From positions 29,388,001 to 29,452,000 of the forward strand of contig OZ024756.1 of assembly GCA_964016885.1 (NCBI GenBank): 64,000 bases of DNA. The letters are read 5' to 3'. The stretch comes from Eledone cirrhosa. Lineage: Eukaryota. Below, piece by piece: positions 41,711 through 57,639 of the stretch. Both the position numbers and the translations under genes were made by a program. Every line of letters begins with the position of its first letter. Position 1 is the stretch's first letter. The notes under the pieces were generated by a model that was not told the origin of the DNA, did not search any database, and worked only from the letters and a program-made list of their open reading frames with translations.

Positions 41711-42397
41711 GGTGGTATTTTTGTTGTTATTGTTGATACTTCTGATCTTTGTTGCTTTATAATATCAAGTGGACATTGACACTAACTTCCCGCCTGCCCC
41801 CCACTCCCAACAAATTGTATTTTTCTATCTCCAGAGAGAAAGCCAGGACTTCACATGTATTGGGCAGGGGTGGGGTCAACACATAAGAAGATATCTTCAT
41901 ATTGTTACTATTGGGTTGTCAAGTATGAAATTTGTAGAAATTTGTTTGGTTTTTTTCCTACAAATTTCAAACTTGACGACCCATACATGGCCATGGTGTT
42001 TCAGCAAAGCTTGAGTTTTGCTAAGCTTTATCAGAAATATCATGGACATGCAGTAAATAATATGAATAAATCTCCATATACAATACTCCATTATATAATA
42101 TTGAGTCCTTTTGCTGGCAACTAGATTCACCTGGTCAGAACATCTAACCATAAAACATTGCTTCAGATAGAAAGAGAGAGAGAGATAGAAAAAAAAAGCC
42201 CATGATCAGCACGGGTGAAACTTTTCATGCCAGCTGCAAGACTAACCCTTGCTTTAGCAGGAAAAACTGGCCTTAAAAAAATATGACAGTTACAAAATAT
42301 TTATTAAGGTAGTGATTTAAAATAAATATATATATTAACAGGTATGCTAAACATGTCCTGGATGGTATACACACACACACACACACACAAAATTATA

Positions 42398-42450
<53 letters not shown>

Positions 42451-43145
42451 GTGTGTGTGTACACACACACACACACACACCTGATGCTGTGTCAACATTA
42501 ACAATCACTGCCAAATATAGAAAAAGAAACAAAGAAATAAAACGAAGGTGGGGAGGGGTGAGGACAAAATCAGAGGCTGATAAAAAAAAATATAAGCAAA
42601 ATAATTGAATATAAAAGTAAAAAATAAATAATAAACAGTTTTTAAAAGTAATCTACACTAGTCTTGATAGTTTAAAAAAATCCTTTTGTAGAAAAAAAAT
42701 CCCCCAAAATTGGGCAATAAACAAAATTCATAAGATTTACATTTTGAGTAAAAAGTCCTTCATCGAAGTAGATTTTTCGTCTAAGCAATGGTTAGTTTGA
42801 TTAGATTTATTAAATTTCTAGAGACAAATGGAGAAAAAGGAAATAAAAACAATATGACACTTCAGCCATACCAATGGTGGAAAAGAATAAAATGAATAAA
42901 ACATTTGCAGCAAGGAATGGGAGTACTGGGAATAAAATAAATGGTAGTAGTAGTACTAGTAATATCAAGCACAAAAGAAGGAAGGCTAAAAAAAAAAGAA
43001 AAAGATTTTTTTCCCCCCTATGCACACTTCATCATTTGTCATATCAACTGAGTCAAATATCATAGGAAATACGAAATTCTGAACTTTTTAATATGATGTA
43101 AGAGGGGTGAGCATATACATGTGTCTGAGTGTCCGTACATACGTA

Positions 43146-43223
43146 CAGGGTGTCCCAAAAGTCACTAGACAATTTTAAACAAATAAACATATAAAATTGT
43201 CTAGTGACTTTGTGGACACCCTG
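43146..43223. mobile_element. 78-bp Tc1/mariner MITE
   Basis: TA-CAGGGTGTCCCAAAAGTCACTAGACAATTTTA..TAAAATTGTCTAGTGACTTTGTGGACACCCTG-TA. Confidence 0.8.
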
Positions 43224-43496
43224 TATATATAGGTATTAACAGTTTGACTACATTACAATCCAACATTAACTTTCGTAGACATAAAGATACATATGCCTAA
43301 AATCGTCCAATACATGGCGATCATTACAACTGGTGATTTAGACATATGATTTGCCTACGAAACTTAAAGTAATGTGCAACAATGTCAAACTTAACGCACA
43401 TATTTAGCCTCCAAAATGTGTTGATTGATTGCACCTTTTTAATTGTTTGTACACTTATCTGCATCTATGTATATATATATACACACATACATACAC

Positions 43497-43527
<31 letters not shown>

Positions 43528-45013
43528 ATACATGCTCTCTAAATGCTGAAAGTTTATTTTAGATTTTTTTTTTTATTGTTGTTTTGGTCACCTTAACTCA
43601 AGTGGCTCTATAAGGAGAGAAAAACAGAGAGGGGCAGAAAGAGAGAGAGTGAGAAGAAATGAAGAAATAAAGATAAAAATTCTCTCTAGTGTATACAATT
43701 CAGAAAGGAGAGCGGATGAGTAAGAAGCACACTCAAACCGACACCCACTGCTCCTCCTACCTCCACATCTCTCCCCAGTTCCAGAGACGGTGTAAGAGTC
43801 ACGACAGCTTTCTGATTGATTGGTTATTAAAAATAAAAAATTCTTCCAAGTTTTCTACAGAGTCTAAGAAATGGTTTAAAGCCATACCACAAATGGAAAG
43901 ATGCACTCAAATCCTCCAAATTACATATGTATACATACATATATATACATACACATACATATATACACACATACATATACAGATATATATATATAAACAC
44001 ACATATATATATACACATATATATACACATACACACACATATATATATACACATACACACATAGATATACACATAAACATATATATATATACATACATAT
44101 ATACATACATCTATATACATACATTTATATATACATACATTTATATATATATATATATATACACACAGGAGGCCACAAAATGTGTGCACAAATGAGCCGA
44201 GAGCTAAGCATATTTTTGGATTTTTTTTTTTAATTTTCAAAACTTAAAAATGAACAAGGTAGATACTTAAGAAGGGCAAGGATGGGGGAGGGTGGGAAAA
44301 AAGAAAGCCTTTGGTTCAAACTTTTCCGAAATAATGTTTTTAAGAAGTTTTTCAGAGATTGTTTTTGTTTCTTTTTCAAAACTTTTTTTTTTTTAGAAAT
44401 AATAATAATAATAATAATAATAATGAATGTGTCATTCCACACATTACTTCCATTGACCGATTATTGGTGAAAATTCTGTTGTTTTTTTTTTATTGTTAAA
44501 TTTTTTTTTTTTAGTCATGTCTTTTAGTTTTTGGGTTTGTATTTTTTCTCATCATCCTCATCCTTACAGGATACAATTGTTGTTGATGTTGTTGTTGGCA
44601 TCTTGTATGTTTTTTAAATTTTTTTTTATTTTTCATTCTTTAAAGAATCATTTTTCATTCATTCTTTAAATGATTTCAGTGCCAATATTTTTTTAATTTT
44701 ATTTTATCTTTAAAATTTTCCATTGTTGTTGTTGTTGGTAGGTGGGTGGTTTCCAAAATTTTAAGTGAAGTGGGGGAGGGGAGTGATTGAGGGAGGGCAA
44801 AAGAAAAAAAACAGCAGGTGGGCAAACTTACGGGCGGGCGGATAGGCAGACAGGCAGGGGGGAAATGGGGGCACGGGAAGAGGCTGTCATTCATTTTTAT
44901 GGGATTATTTTTTTTTGTAGCTGTAGTTGTAGGTATGTTGTTTTTGTTGCTGTTATTTGATTTAATTTTTTTATTTTTTAATTATTTTTTTTAATATTTT
45001 TTTTTTCTAAAAC

Positions 45014-45120
45014 TCAGAGTAATGCCAGCAGACAACACAAGGCGGCATTCATTGCCATTAACAGGTGAGATTTGCAGGTAAAAGGTGCAGTGGAGGTCAA
45101 TTTTGGTCTATTCACGTCCA
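45014..45120 (-). CDS. Alternative terminal exon encoding a GPI-anchor-type C-terminus of the NCAM-like gene
   Basis: Acceptor tttatttctgttcttttcag; same phase 1 as the TM exon. Encodes (V)DVNRPKLTSTAPFTCKSHLLMAMNAALCCLLALL-stop: small residues (TSTA), a spacer, then a hydrophobic tail. Confidence 0.7.
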
Positions 45121-47416
45121 CTGAAAAGAACAGAAATAAATAAGTAAAAATAGGTCAAGTGGGCAGGATTTTTAGAGAAGAGATTTTCATTTTTAGTTAA
45201 GTCATTCATTATATTTTTGGCTTTATTTAATTTATTTACTTAAATAATTTAATTATCATTAAATTATATTTTTAGAATCGTTCTGAATAAAGAAACAAAA
45301 AAAAAAAAAACAGGATTTCAATATATGATATAAAGGAAGCAGAATGGAAGGGAGTCGGAGGAAATGGGTGGAGGGGAGTAGTAGCAGTAGTATGTGGATT
45401 CAACATTCATTTTTTTTAAATGTTTTACCGGATTTCTAAAATTACAATTAGTAAAGAAAATTGAAAAGATTTTTATGCAACAACAACAACAAAAAAAAAA
45501 CATTGCAAATATTTCTTTAACTTTTTTTTTTATATCAACCTGGAAAAAAAATCTAACTATGGTGCTATGAAACGAAACCATTCCTTCTAAATGATTCCTA
45601 TTTAAATTAAAATCTTAAAACATAATTTTATAAGAATCATATGTAATTAGTACAAAAATAACCAATGTTAGTAAATCCCTCAAAATTCTTCATTGATTAA
45701 TTGAAACACAGAGTTCCTATCTAAATTAAAATTGTCTAACATTTTTTTTTTTTACTTAAGCACCATATATGTTAAGTTACTATCTTAGAAATAAAATAAA
45801 AAGTTCCTATTCAAATCAAAATCTTCCAAGAATATTTTATATAAGAACAATGTGTCAAGTTACTATTCTTTGTAGTGAAATATTGAGTTCCTATTTAAAT
45901 TAAAATATTACAATATTTTATACAAGATCCATTTAAGTTACTAAAAAATAATTTTAGTAAGCCCCACAAAAATTCATTGAAGTTGAGTGTATTTCATTGG
46001 AAATACAGGCATGAAAGGGTTAAGATTAAAAACAGGAAAATCGTAAGAGGAAAAATTAGATTGAATTCTTTTCAGGGCCTCAAAGACAAAGATTAGGGAG
46101 AGTGGAAGGTAATCTTAACCCTTTAATGTTCAAACCTGCCAAAACCGGCCAGAATTCTCTACCTCATCCTGTTGAAACTAGCTGTAACTGGTCGCTCAAA
46201 CTGATGTTAAGGTATTGTTCTCAAAATAAATACTTTCAAAATCTCATAGATTCGATGTTATGTGAGATAATTATGCGAGGTAAAGCATTTACCATGAAAA
46301 TAGTATATATAAAATAATGTGAATGCTAAAGGGTTAAACCAAAGACCTGACCCAAATGCTTGCAACAGAGAGGCTCTGTTGAAGACACAATTTGGCTAAA
46401 TGTAGGCCAGAGTAGGATTTGAACTCAGAATGCAAACAGCAGATACATATATAGGAGAACATTTTGACCAACACTCTTAAAAACTCTGCCAATGCACCAT
46501 TGCTTAACTGGTACATTATTTTATCAATCTTGAAAGGATGAGAGGCAAGTTGACAATGGCGAGATTTGAACTCACAATGCAGACAGCAGGAATAACATAA
46601 CTGCAAAAGTTTTTTGTTCTCTGATTTAACAGAGATCATTACAGCAACAACTTGTTACAAGAAGTTCATATATTTTTAGGGAACTCTTTTAATACTAAAC
46701 TGTAATATTAAGCTGTTTGTTTCGTTTATATTTGAAAACAATTCACCATAATTTTATGTAAGAACCTTTCTTAAGCTATATCCTAAATACCAGCTTAATA
46801 ATGAGGTAGATATATTATTAATTCTGGCTAAATTCCTGATTATTTTCTAAGCTATTTCAAAATATTAGTGTCTCGTATTAAAAATGCTACCAAAAGGGTT
46901 AAATTTGAATATAAAACTAAGATATTTACATTTAAAAAAAAAAACAAAAAAACTATAACCTGTTATATATATAACATAATTTTAAAAAATTATTTGTCAT
47001 TAAACAAAAATATTTCTGCTGATCACCAAATATAAAATTCAACTGAATTTACATTACTTTAAGAGGTAGTTTTTTTAAGAAACTTATCCAAATCAAGAAT
47101 TTAATTATTCATAATTAACCAGCTAATAATAATATGTTGATTAATAAAATAGAGTAATATATCAATAACATTTAATGATAACATTAATACAATTACACCT
47201 GTATGATTGATTCATTGATATTATGGCCCAGTGGCTAGGGAGTTGGGTTCACAGCCATAAGGGAGTGGTTTCAAGGGAGTTAGGTTCACAGCCATAAAGC
47301 AGTGGTTTCAAGGGAGTTGGATTCACAGCCATAAGGTAGTGGTTTCAATTTCCAGACTGAACAGCACATTGTATCCTTGTGCATAGCACATCATTTTACA
47401 TTACTTCAGTTAGCCT

Positions 47417-48275
47417 GTGGTGTCACTGGCGCCAAGCTGTATCAACCTTTGCCTATCCTTTGGATATCACATAGTGTATATAAAAGAGGTGGTGTCACTG
47501 GCGCCAAGCTGTATCAACTTTTGCCTTTCCTTTGGATATCACATAGTGTATATAAAAGAGGTGGTGTCACTGGTGCCAAGCTGTATCAACCTTTGCCTTT
47601 CCTTTGGATATCACACAGTGTATATAAAAGAGGCGGTGTCACTGGCGCCAAGCTGTATCAACTTTTGCCTTTCCCTTGGATATCACACATAGTGTATATA
47701 AAAGAGGTGGTGTCACTGGTGCCAAGCTGTATCAACCTTTGCCTATCCCTTGGATATCACATACAGTGTATATAAAAGAGGTGGTGTCACTGGTGCCAAG
47801 CTGTATCAACTTTTGCCTTTCCCTTGGATATCACATATAGTGTATATAAAAGAGGTGGTGTCACTGGTGCCAAGCTGTATCAACTTTTGCCTTTCCCTTG
47901 GATATCACATACAGTGTATATAAAAGAGGTGGTGTCACTGGTGCCAAGCTGTATCAACCTTTGCCTATCCCTTGGATATCACATACAGTGTATATAAAAG
48001 AGGTGGTGTCACTGGCGCCAAGCTGTATCAACTTTTGCCTTTCCCTTGGATATCACATATAGTGTATATAAAAGAGGTGGTGTCACTGGTGCCAAGCTGT
48101 ATCAACTTTTGCCTTTCCCTTGGATATCACATATAGTGTATATAAAAGAGGTGGTGTCACTGGTGCCAAGCTGTATCAACTTTTGCCTTTCCCTTGGATA
48201 TCACATATAGTGTATATAAAAGAGGCGGTGTCACTGGCGCCAAGCTGTATCAACCTTTGCCTTTCCCTTGGACAT
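47417..48275. repeat. 72-74-bp minisatellite, ~12 copies
   Basis: Unit gtggtgtcactggYgccaagctgtatcaacYtttgcctttcccttggatatcaca(ta)tagtgtatataaaagag. Confidence 0.92.
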
Positions 48276-49610
48276 CATATATATCATCATCATTTTACGT
48301 CCACTTTTCCCTGCGTGCAAGGGAGTGGGACTATTCAGCACAGCATCTCTCTACTTGTCACGGTTCTTCGTCATCATCATCACATCTTTTATATAATGTA
48401 TATAAAAGATGTGATAACATTGGGATCAGGCACTATCCACATTTGTCTTTTTCCTTGGATGACATCAGTAAAATGAAGAAGGGAGACGTGCATGCACGGG
48501 TGAGTGCCGGTGTTTAAAAAAAATTATAAAAGCACCTTGCACAAGCTTGTACCTTGGTCATCCATGACTGAAGGACGCTTCTTCATGCTTAACTAATTAG
48601 ATTTGTTCAACTTCCTCAACAACTGACTCATCATATTATTTGAAGCTCAGATAATGAGAGGAAGAGTTATGGTCATATATGTTGCAATTATTTAACCTCT
48701 TAGCAGACGAGGCCTCTGGAAGTGTGAGCAAAGGCCACCCACAATGAAAGTGTCACATGGGAAACACACTGAGGGTTAGACTTCTGACCATGTGAACCAC
48801 ATGGTGGGCTGGGACAATAGATTGCAACAGATTTTACAATACAAACATATCAAAATGGCTGCGCTCATTATATATATATATATAGAGACAGAGAGCATTC
48901 AAGATACATACAAGACCACTATGTACTCTCTCTATTACTATATATATGTATATGACAAAAAAAACACAACAGTCCACGCTGTAATGTGGCCGTGTAGGTA
49001 ACACGGTAAAAACCTCCCAGTCCACACTGTAAACGTGGTTGGTGTTAGGAAGGGCATCCAGCCGTAGAAAACCCGCCAGACAGTCCTATGCGAGCAAGAC
49101 AACCACTCTTGCCTCAAGTGGGAAAACTCCCGTCCAAACCTATGCAAGCGTGGAAGATGGACGTTAGATGATGATGATGATGATATATATATACAGATAG
49201 ATAGATAAATACACACATTATATATAATCACAGGAATTATAAAGAGATACTAAAAACTAAATTTACAGAGCTTTCTTTTACCAATATTATATGGCGCATA
49301 TAATCAATTGTCAGTGAGTTGTATATACACATACATACTCATATATACATACATACACACACACATATAAATACATACACGATATACTGGATTTTCCTGT
49401 TCTCAGATGTGGTCTATTAAATACATTCTATCTGCATTTCTTAATAAACACAAGTCACCTCAAATGTTAAACACCACCACCACAACAACACTAAAAGAAA
49501 AAAAACCTGCACCACACCTCCAACTATCATTTATACATACATTGTAGGTGGGAGAATCAATGGAGATGTACAAACACACAATCTGAAGATTGCTCCCCAA
49601 TATAGTTTAA

Positions 49611-50017
49611 CCCTTTAGCGTTTAAACCGGCCATGTTTGGCCAGAATTTTCTCACCTCTTACTGTTCAAACCGGCTGCTAATACTTATGTTAAGGTATTC
49701 TTCTCAAAATAAATAATTGTTTCTACTTTTGGCACAAGGCCATCAATTACCCAGTACATTACTGGTACTTTATTTTATCGACCCCGTAAGGATGAAAGGC
49801 AAAGTTAACCTCGGCGGGATTTGAACTCAGATCGTAAAGGGACGTAACTATGCTGGAAAGCATGGCGTCCAACTCTCTACCGATACTGCCAATCCACACC
49901 CGTCTACACTTCTCAAAATAAATAATATCAATATCTCATAGATTCGATATTATGTGAGATAAAGCCTTTGCCATGAAAATACAATAGTATATATAGAGTA
50001 ATGTGAATGCTAAAGGG
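49611..50017. mobile_element. piggyBac MITE with nested SINE
   Basis: SINE 49718-49908 is flanked by an 18-bp TSD cttctcaaaataaataat (49700-49717, 49909-49926). Confidence 0.85.
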
Positions 50018-50349
50018 TTAAATTCAGACTGTTCCGAGGAATCATATTTAACAAATAATAATGATTTCCACTATAGGCACAAGGCCAGCATATATGTATG
50101 TACGTGTACATACTTATATTTAAGTAACAGCCGTACTAAGAGTGGGAAATGAATTTTGTTTCATTTTTTCCATTTATACATACATATACATATATATACA
50201 TATACATATATACACATATATAGACATATATACATATATAGACATATATACATATATATACATATAGACATATATAAACATATAGACATATATAAATATA
50301 TAGACATATATAAATATATAGACATATATAAATATATAGACATATATAA

Positions 50350-50384
<35 letters not shown>

Positions 50385-50498
50385 CATGGACCTGCTGCAA
50401 AATCAAAACAAGATATTTTTGCGAGCAATGAACCTTGATGTGGATTTAACCCCAAAAACTCTTTCCGAGCAATGGAAGGAACACTTGTGATTATTTAT

Positions 50499-50538
50499 GC
50501 CCTTGAAAAGCCCAACTCGGCGAAACGTACGGAGGTGC
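50499..50538 (+). ncRNA. Inactivated copy of the U3-A8 hammerhead family
   Basis: TTGAAAA core, GAAAC-GTAC-GGA (U16.1 lost). Flanks 50443-50594 match the 29 kb element. Confidence 0.6.
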
Positions 50539-50594
50539 TGTTTTAAATAAACATGTTTTAACGGTCTATTCTCCGATTTTTTACTTTCCCACGT

Positions 50595-50718
50595 ACATAT
50601 ATATATACATATATATACATATACATATATATACATATACATACATATATATACATATATATACATATATATACATATATACATATATATACATATACAT
50701 ATATATACATATATATAC

Positions 50719-50774
<56 letters not shown>

Positions 50775-51086
50775 ACATATACATATATATACATATACAT
50801 ATATATACATATATATACATATACATATATATACATATATATACATATACATATATATACATATATATACATATACATATATATACATATATATACATAT
50901 ATATATATATACATATATATACATATACATATATATACATATATATACATATACATATATATACATATATATATACATATATATACATATACATATATAT
51001 ACATATATATATACATATATATATACATATATATACATATACATATATATACATATACATATACATACATATACATATATATATAC

Positions 51087-51117
<31 letters not shown>

Positions 51118-51152
51118 CACATATATACATATACATATATATATACATATAC

Positions 51153-51202
<50 letters not shown>

Positions 51203-51422
51203 ACATATACATATATATACATATACATATATATACATATATATATATATACATATACATATATATACATATACATATATATATATATATACATATATAT
51301 ACATATATATATATATATACATATATATACATATATATATATATACATATACATATATATATATATATACATATATATACATATACATATATATACATAT
51401 ATATACATATACATATATATAC

Positions 51423-51453
<31 letters not shown>

Positions 51454-51516
51454 CATATACATATATATACATATACATACATATATATATATATATACAT
51501 ATATACATATACATAC

Positions 51517-51547
<31 letters not shown>

Positions 51548-51558
51548 CATATACATAC

Positions 51559-51641
<83 letters not shown>

Positions 51642-51674
51642 CATATACATATATATACATATACATATATATAC

Positions 51675-51705
<31 letters not shown>

Positions 51706-51754
51706 CATATACATATATATACATATATATATATATACATATATATACATATAC

Positions 51755-51799
<45 letters not shown>

Positions 51800-51962
51800 C
51801 ATATATATATATATACAAACATATATATATATACATATACATATATATACATATATATATACATATATATATATACATATACATATATATACATATATAT
51901 ATATATACATATATATACATATATATACATATATATATATATATACAGATATATACATATAC

Positions 51963-51997
<35 letters not shown>

Positions 51998-52114
51998 GAT
52001 ATATAGATATATATATATACATATATATACATATATATATATACATATACACATATATATATATATACATATATATACATACATATACACATATATATAT
52101 ATATACATATACAC

Positions 52115-52145
<31 letters not shown>

Positions 52146-52702
52146 CATATACACATATATATATATACATATACACATATATATATATACATATACACAT
52201 ATATATATATACATATACACATATATATATATACATATACACATTTATATATACATATACACATTTATATATACATATACACATATATATATATACATAT
52301 ACACATATATATATATACATATACACATATATATATATACATATACACGTATATACATATACACGTATATACATATATATATACACGTATATACATATAT
52401 ATATATACATATATACATATACACATATATATATACACATATATACATATACACATATATATATACACATATACACATATATATATACACATATACACAT
52501 ATATATATACACATATACACATATATATATATACATATACATATATATATATATACATATACACATATATACATATACATATACACATATATATATATAT
52601 ACATATATACATATACATATACACATATATATATACACATATATATATATACATATACACATATACATATACACATATATATATACACATATATATATAT
52701 AC

Positions 52703-52733
<31 letters not shown>

Positions 52734-52736
52734 CAC

Positions 52737-52785
<49 letters not shown>

Positions 52786-53044
52786 CATATATATATATAC
52801 ATATATATATATACATATATATATATACATATACATATATATACATATATATATATACATATATATATATACATATATATATATACATATACATATATAC
52901 ATATACATATATATACATATATATATATACATATATATATATACATATATATATATACATATATATATATACATATATATATATACATATATATATATAC
53001 ATATATATATACATATATATACATATATATATACATATATATAC

Positions 53045-53075
<31 letters not shown>

Positions 53076-53132
53076 CATATATATATATACATATACATAT
53101 ATATATACATATACATATATATATACATATAC

Positions 53133-53178
<46 letters not shown>

Positions 53179-53267
53179 ATACATACATATATATATACAT
53201 ATATATATACATATATATATATATACATATATAAAGCAATTATTCCATTTACCAGTGGTTTCTTAAA

Positions 53268-53322
<55 letters not shown>

Positions 53323-54405
53323 TATATACATATACATATATATACATATATATATACATATACATATATATATACATATATATACATATATATATACATA
53401 TATATACATACATATATATATACATATACATACATATATATATACATACATATATATATATATACATATACATACATATATATACATATACATATATATA
53501 TACATATATATATACATATATATATATACATACATATATATATACATATATATATATACATATATATATATACATATATATATATACATATATACATATA
53601 CATATACATATATATACACATATATATATATACATATATATATACATATATACATATACATATACATATATATACACATATATATATATACATATATATA
53701 TACATATATATATATACATATATATATACATATACATACATATATATACATATACATATATATACATACATATATATATACATACATATATATATACATA
53801 CATATATACATACATATACATACATATATACATATATATATATATACATATACATATATACATATATATATATACATACATATATATATATACATACATA
53901 CATACATATATATATACACATACATATATATATATACATACATATATATATATATATATACACATACATATATATATATACACATACATATATATATATA
54001 CACATACATATATATATATACACATACATATATATACATATATATATATATACACATACATATATATACATATATATATATATACACATACATATATATA
54101 CATATATATATATATACACATACATATATATACATATATATATATATACACATACATATATATATATATACACATACATATATATACACATACATATATA
54201 CATATATACATATATACACATACATATATACATATATACACATACATATATACATACATATATACATATATACACATACATATATACATATATACACATA
54301 CATATATATATATATATACACATACATATATATATATATATACACCTACATATATATATATATACACATACATATATACACACATACATCTACATACATA
54401 TATAT
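50595..54405. repeat. 3.8-kb (TACATA)-type array
   Basis: Direct inspection; one 40-bp unique interruption at ~53232-53270. Confidence 0.95.
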
Positions 54406-54949
54406 AATAATAATAATAATATTAAAAGGGAACAAAGAATCACTATTGCATCATATACATATGACATATGTTTCACTGCCGCTCAGCTCGAGGAATGATC
54501 GATTAATGTTCGATCCTGACTCTGGAATCGGAAATATGTATATGATACAACATTGATTCTTTGTTCCCTTTTAATATCATTATTGATACTCTTCATTCAG
54601 GATCTGGACATAATACATGACTAGATTCAAACTATGAACCCTTATTTCCAAACTAAAAGAATCACCACCACCACCACCATTTAACATCTATTTTCCACAC
54701 TTGCATAGGCCAGACAATTTGTCATTTTATGAGACTAGTCAGGCCAGGTGACCATGTCTTGTTCATATGGATTTGTTTTCTAATGCCAACCAGATTACAG
54801 GGTGAACTAGGTGCTTTTTTTTGTCAGGACACTAGCATGACCACCTTACTGGGTGGACTGGGTGCTTTTTCACCGTGGTACCAACACAAACTGACAAGCA
54901 CGACCAGCCAGGCTCATGCATGTTATCCAACCATCCTGCTGGGGGGTCT

Positions 54950-55360
54950 ACCCCTGTGTCTCCTACCGGTTGGTTTTGCCTATAAAATCTGTCCAGCGAT
55001 TCTTTCCCCCCGAGACATTCTAACCACATGCTCATAGTATTGGAGCTGTGATCTCTCAATTCAGAGAAGTAGTTGTTCTACCTGGAGTGACTCTCTGATC
55101 ACCTGACTACGCACTCTATCGAGCAATGTTACTCCAAAGGTCTTTCGGATGAATATATTTCAGCCGCTTTTATTCGTGATCGTATTCTTTTGGTCATTAC
55201 CCAAGATTCATGACCAGAGGTAAAGGTTGGCACCAATACCAAATTGAAGATAGCAAGTTTGGCTTTTACACCTACCGCCTTTCTTTTAATTACCAAATGC
55301 TGAAGCTGGTGCAATTCTTGCACTTATTTCAGACTCCTCCCTTCCATCACTCATGAACTC
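54950..55360 (-). mobile_element. Old RTE (Expander/Rex3-like) fragment
   Basis: KAKLAIFNLVLVPTFTSGHESWVMTKRIRSRIKAAE. Confidence 0.65.
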
Positions 55361-55676
55361 AGCCCAGAGATACATGAACTTCTTCACCTACTTCAGTGGA
55401 ACTCCACATGTAGAGTGCACTCTGCAGGTGTCCTTCATAGTAACCTCATACTCACACACATACAAGTATACATACAAATATATATATATATATATACACA
55501 CTCACAAAGTTAAATTATACAGCTTAGTTATATACAAATAAATAATTCATAAAATAGTATATAATATAACTATATACAGACATGTTAATATAAGAACTAT
55601 ATATACACACATGTTAATATAAGGACTATATATACAATATATACATATGTCAATATACCTATATATAAGTGTGATT

Positions 55677-55723
<47 letters not shown>

Positions 55724-56213
55724 TATATACATATATGTCAATTTTATTTTGGTTTGGAAGCTGGTGCTAAGAATCAAGTGAACAAGACCTTATATACTGC
55801 AACAGTGCAACAACAACAATAACTACTACTACTACTGTTAGCTATAGAACAATGTGGTGCAGAACTGTTACTAATGCTACTACTACTACTACTAATAATA
55901 ATAATAATGACCGTGTTTGATTGGACAGATTGAACAGAAACAGCCACAGGGATAAATATATATAGTTGAGCACACGTGTTCAGCATAATACTAACATGTT
56001 TAAAGGTGTTTAAAGCTAACTGATAGTGATAATAATAAGAATAATAATAATGATGATTTCTTAATTGGCCACTCGAGCCAATAACAATAATGCCAACACC
56101 ACCTAAAACCATCACAATAATTCCATTAGTCATCAAAGCTTTGGGTTTGACACATCTAAAACTGAGATTGGGGGTGTTTTTAGCAAATAGACCTTGAAAC
56201 ACAACTTGTTCTC

Positions 56214-56326
56214 CTACAGAAGGCTGCCCTGTTGTGCACTGTGCATACACTTGTGAAAGTACTGTCTGTTCAAGGTCATTGTTGAGACATGACCACAGCA
56301 CCAAGAAGATCCAGTAAACATATTTA
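56214..56326 (-). CDS. Candidate alternative terminal exon (soluble/secreted isoform) of the NCAM-like gene
   Basis: Acceptor ttttttttaacttggtttgcacag. Phase-1 reading gives (V)NMFTGSSWCCGHVSTMTLNRQYFHKCMHSAQQGSLL-stop with no hydrophobic anchor. Followed by UTR-like unique sequence. Confidence 0.4.
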
Positions 56327-57639
56327 CTGTGCAAACCAAGTTAAAAAAAATAAAATTAAAAAAATAACAGTAATAATAATGACGATTTCGATGATGATGA
56401 CAATAATACAAAAATGTGAGCAGGCGTGCATGTATGATAGAAGCCGAAAATAAAACCAGTAAATAGGAAAATATAAGGAAATGAAAAGAAAATTTTAAAT
56501 ACAGTATTATGTTATATCTAAAATAACCGGAATGGAATTTTGTGGTTGTTGCAATATTTTCGTGTCCACTGAAACATGTGAAGCCTTTTTCTTACTTCTT
56601 TAAAACTGAATTTAATCCTTTAGCATTTAAACCGGCCAGAATTCTTTCCCCTCTTTCTGTTCAAATTGGCCATAACCAGCCACTCATTTCCATGTTAAGG
56701 TATTATTCTCAAAATAAATAATATCAAAATATCCTAGATTCAATATTATGTGAGATTTTTATGAGAGGTAAAGCCTTTACTGTGAAAATACAATAGCAAA
56801 TATAGAGTAATGCAAATGCTAAAGGTTTAAACCAGCTGTAACTGGCCAGTGTTATCTCACCTCTTTCTCTTCAAACCGGCCGCTCATATGGTATTATTCT
56901 CAAAATTTTATAGATTCGATATTCATGTGAAATAAAGCCTTTACCACGAAAATACAACAGTAAATATAGAGTAATGTAAATGCTAAAGGGTTAATCCAGC
57001 ACAAATATGCTGAACTTTTATATAATTATATCCTAGACGTAAATCAAATTATAACTGGGGAAAAAGAAGCACATTTTTGTGTTAAACCATTAGCATTCAC
57101 ATTACTCTATATATACTATTGTATTTTCACGGTAAAGGCGTTATCTTACATAATATCGAATCTATGAGATTTTGATATTAATTAATTTGAGAACAATACG
57201 TTAACATAGGTATGAGAGGCCAGTTACGACCGGTTTGAACAGAATGAAGTGAGAAAATTTTGGACGGGTATGGCCGGTTTAAATGCTAATGGGTTAAAGC
57301 TAGCTGTTGTATCAAAGTTCCTACAAACACTTTTGGTGCTATAATGACAAATGTTGAGACTACCTAACATCAACAAAATAATTTTCAGCTGTCATATGAT
57401 CTTTGGGTTCAATACGACTAAAGCTGAGGAAGAGGGGGAGAGGAGACATTGTGAGCAAATCCCACCAAATTAAAATTTTCAAAATTATTCAAATCATATT
57501 TTGGTTGTTTGCTCAATACAAAACTTGATTGCTTCAGTGTACATGATGCACAGTTGTGGCACGAGACCTTATAAGGCTTTTTAGACCAGACATACTTTTA
57601 AAAGGCCATCCACATAAATTACACATTAGTTTCAAAGCA

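Noticed and set aside
47417-48275. CRISPR-like periodic array (also 11050-11600, 21531-21780)
   Set aside because: No unique spacers, no cas genes, and a eukaryotic context. These are ordinary minisatellites.
55774-56334. 186-aa ORF with a hydrophobic stretch
   Set aside because: It would need a phase-2 acceptor, unlike the other two alternative exons, and it runs into trinucleotide repeats. The phase-1 short reading is preferred but unproven.
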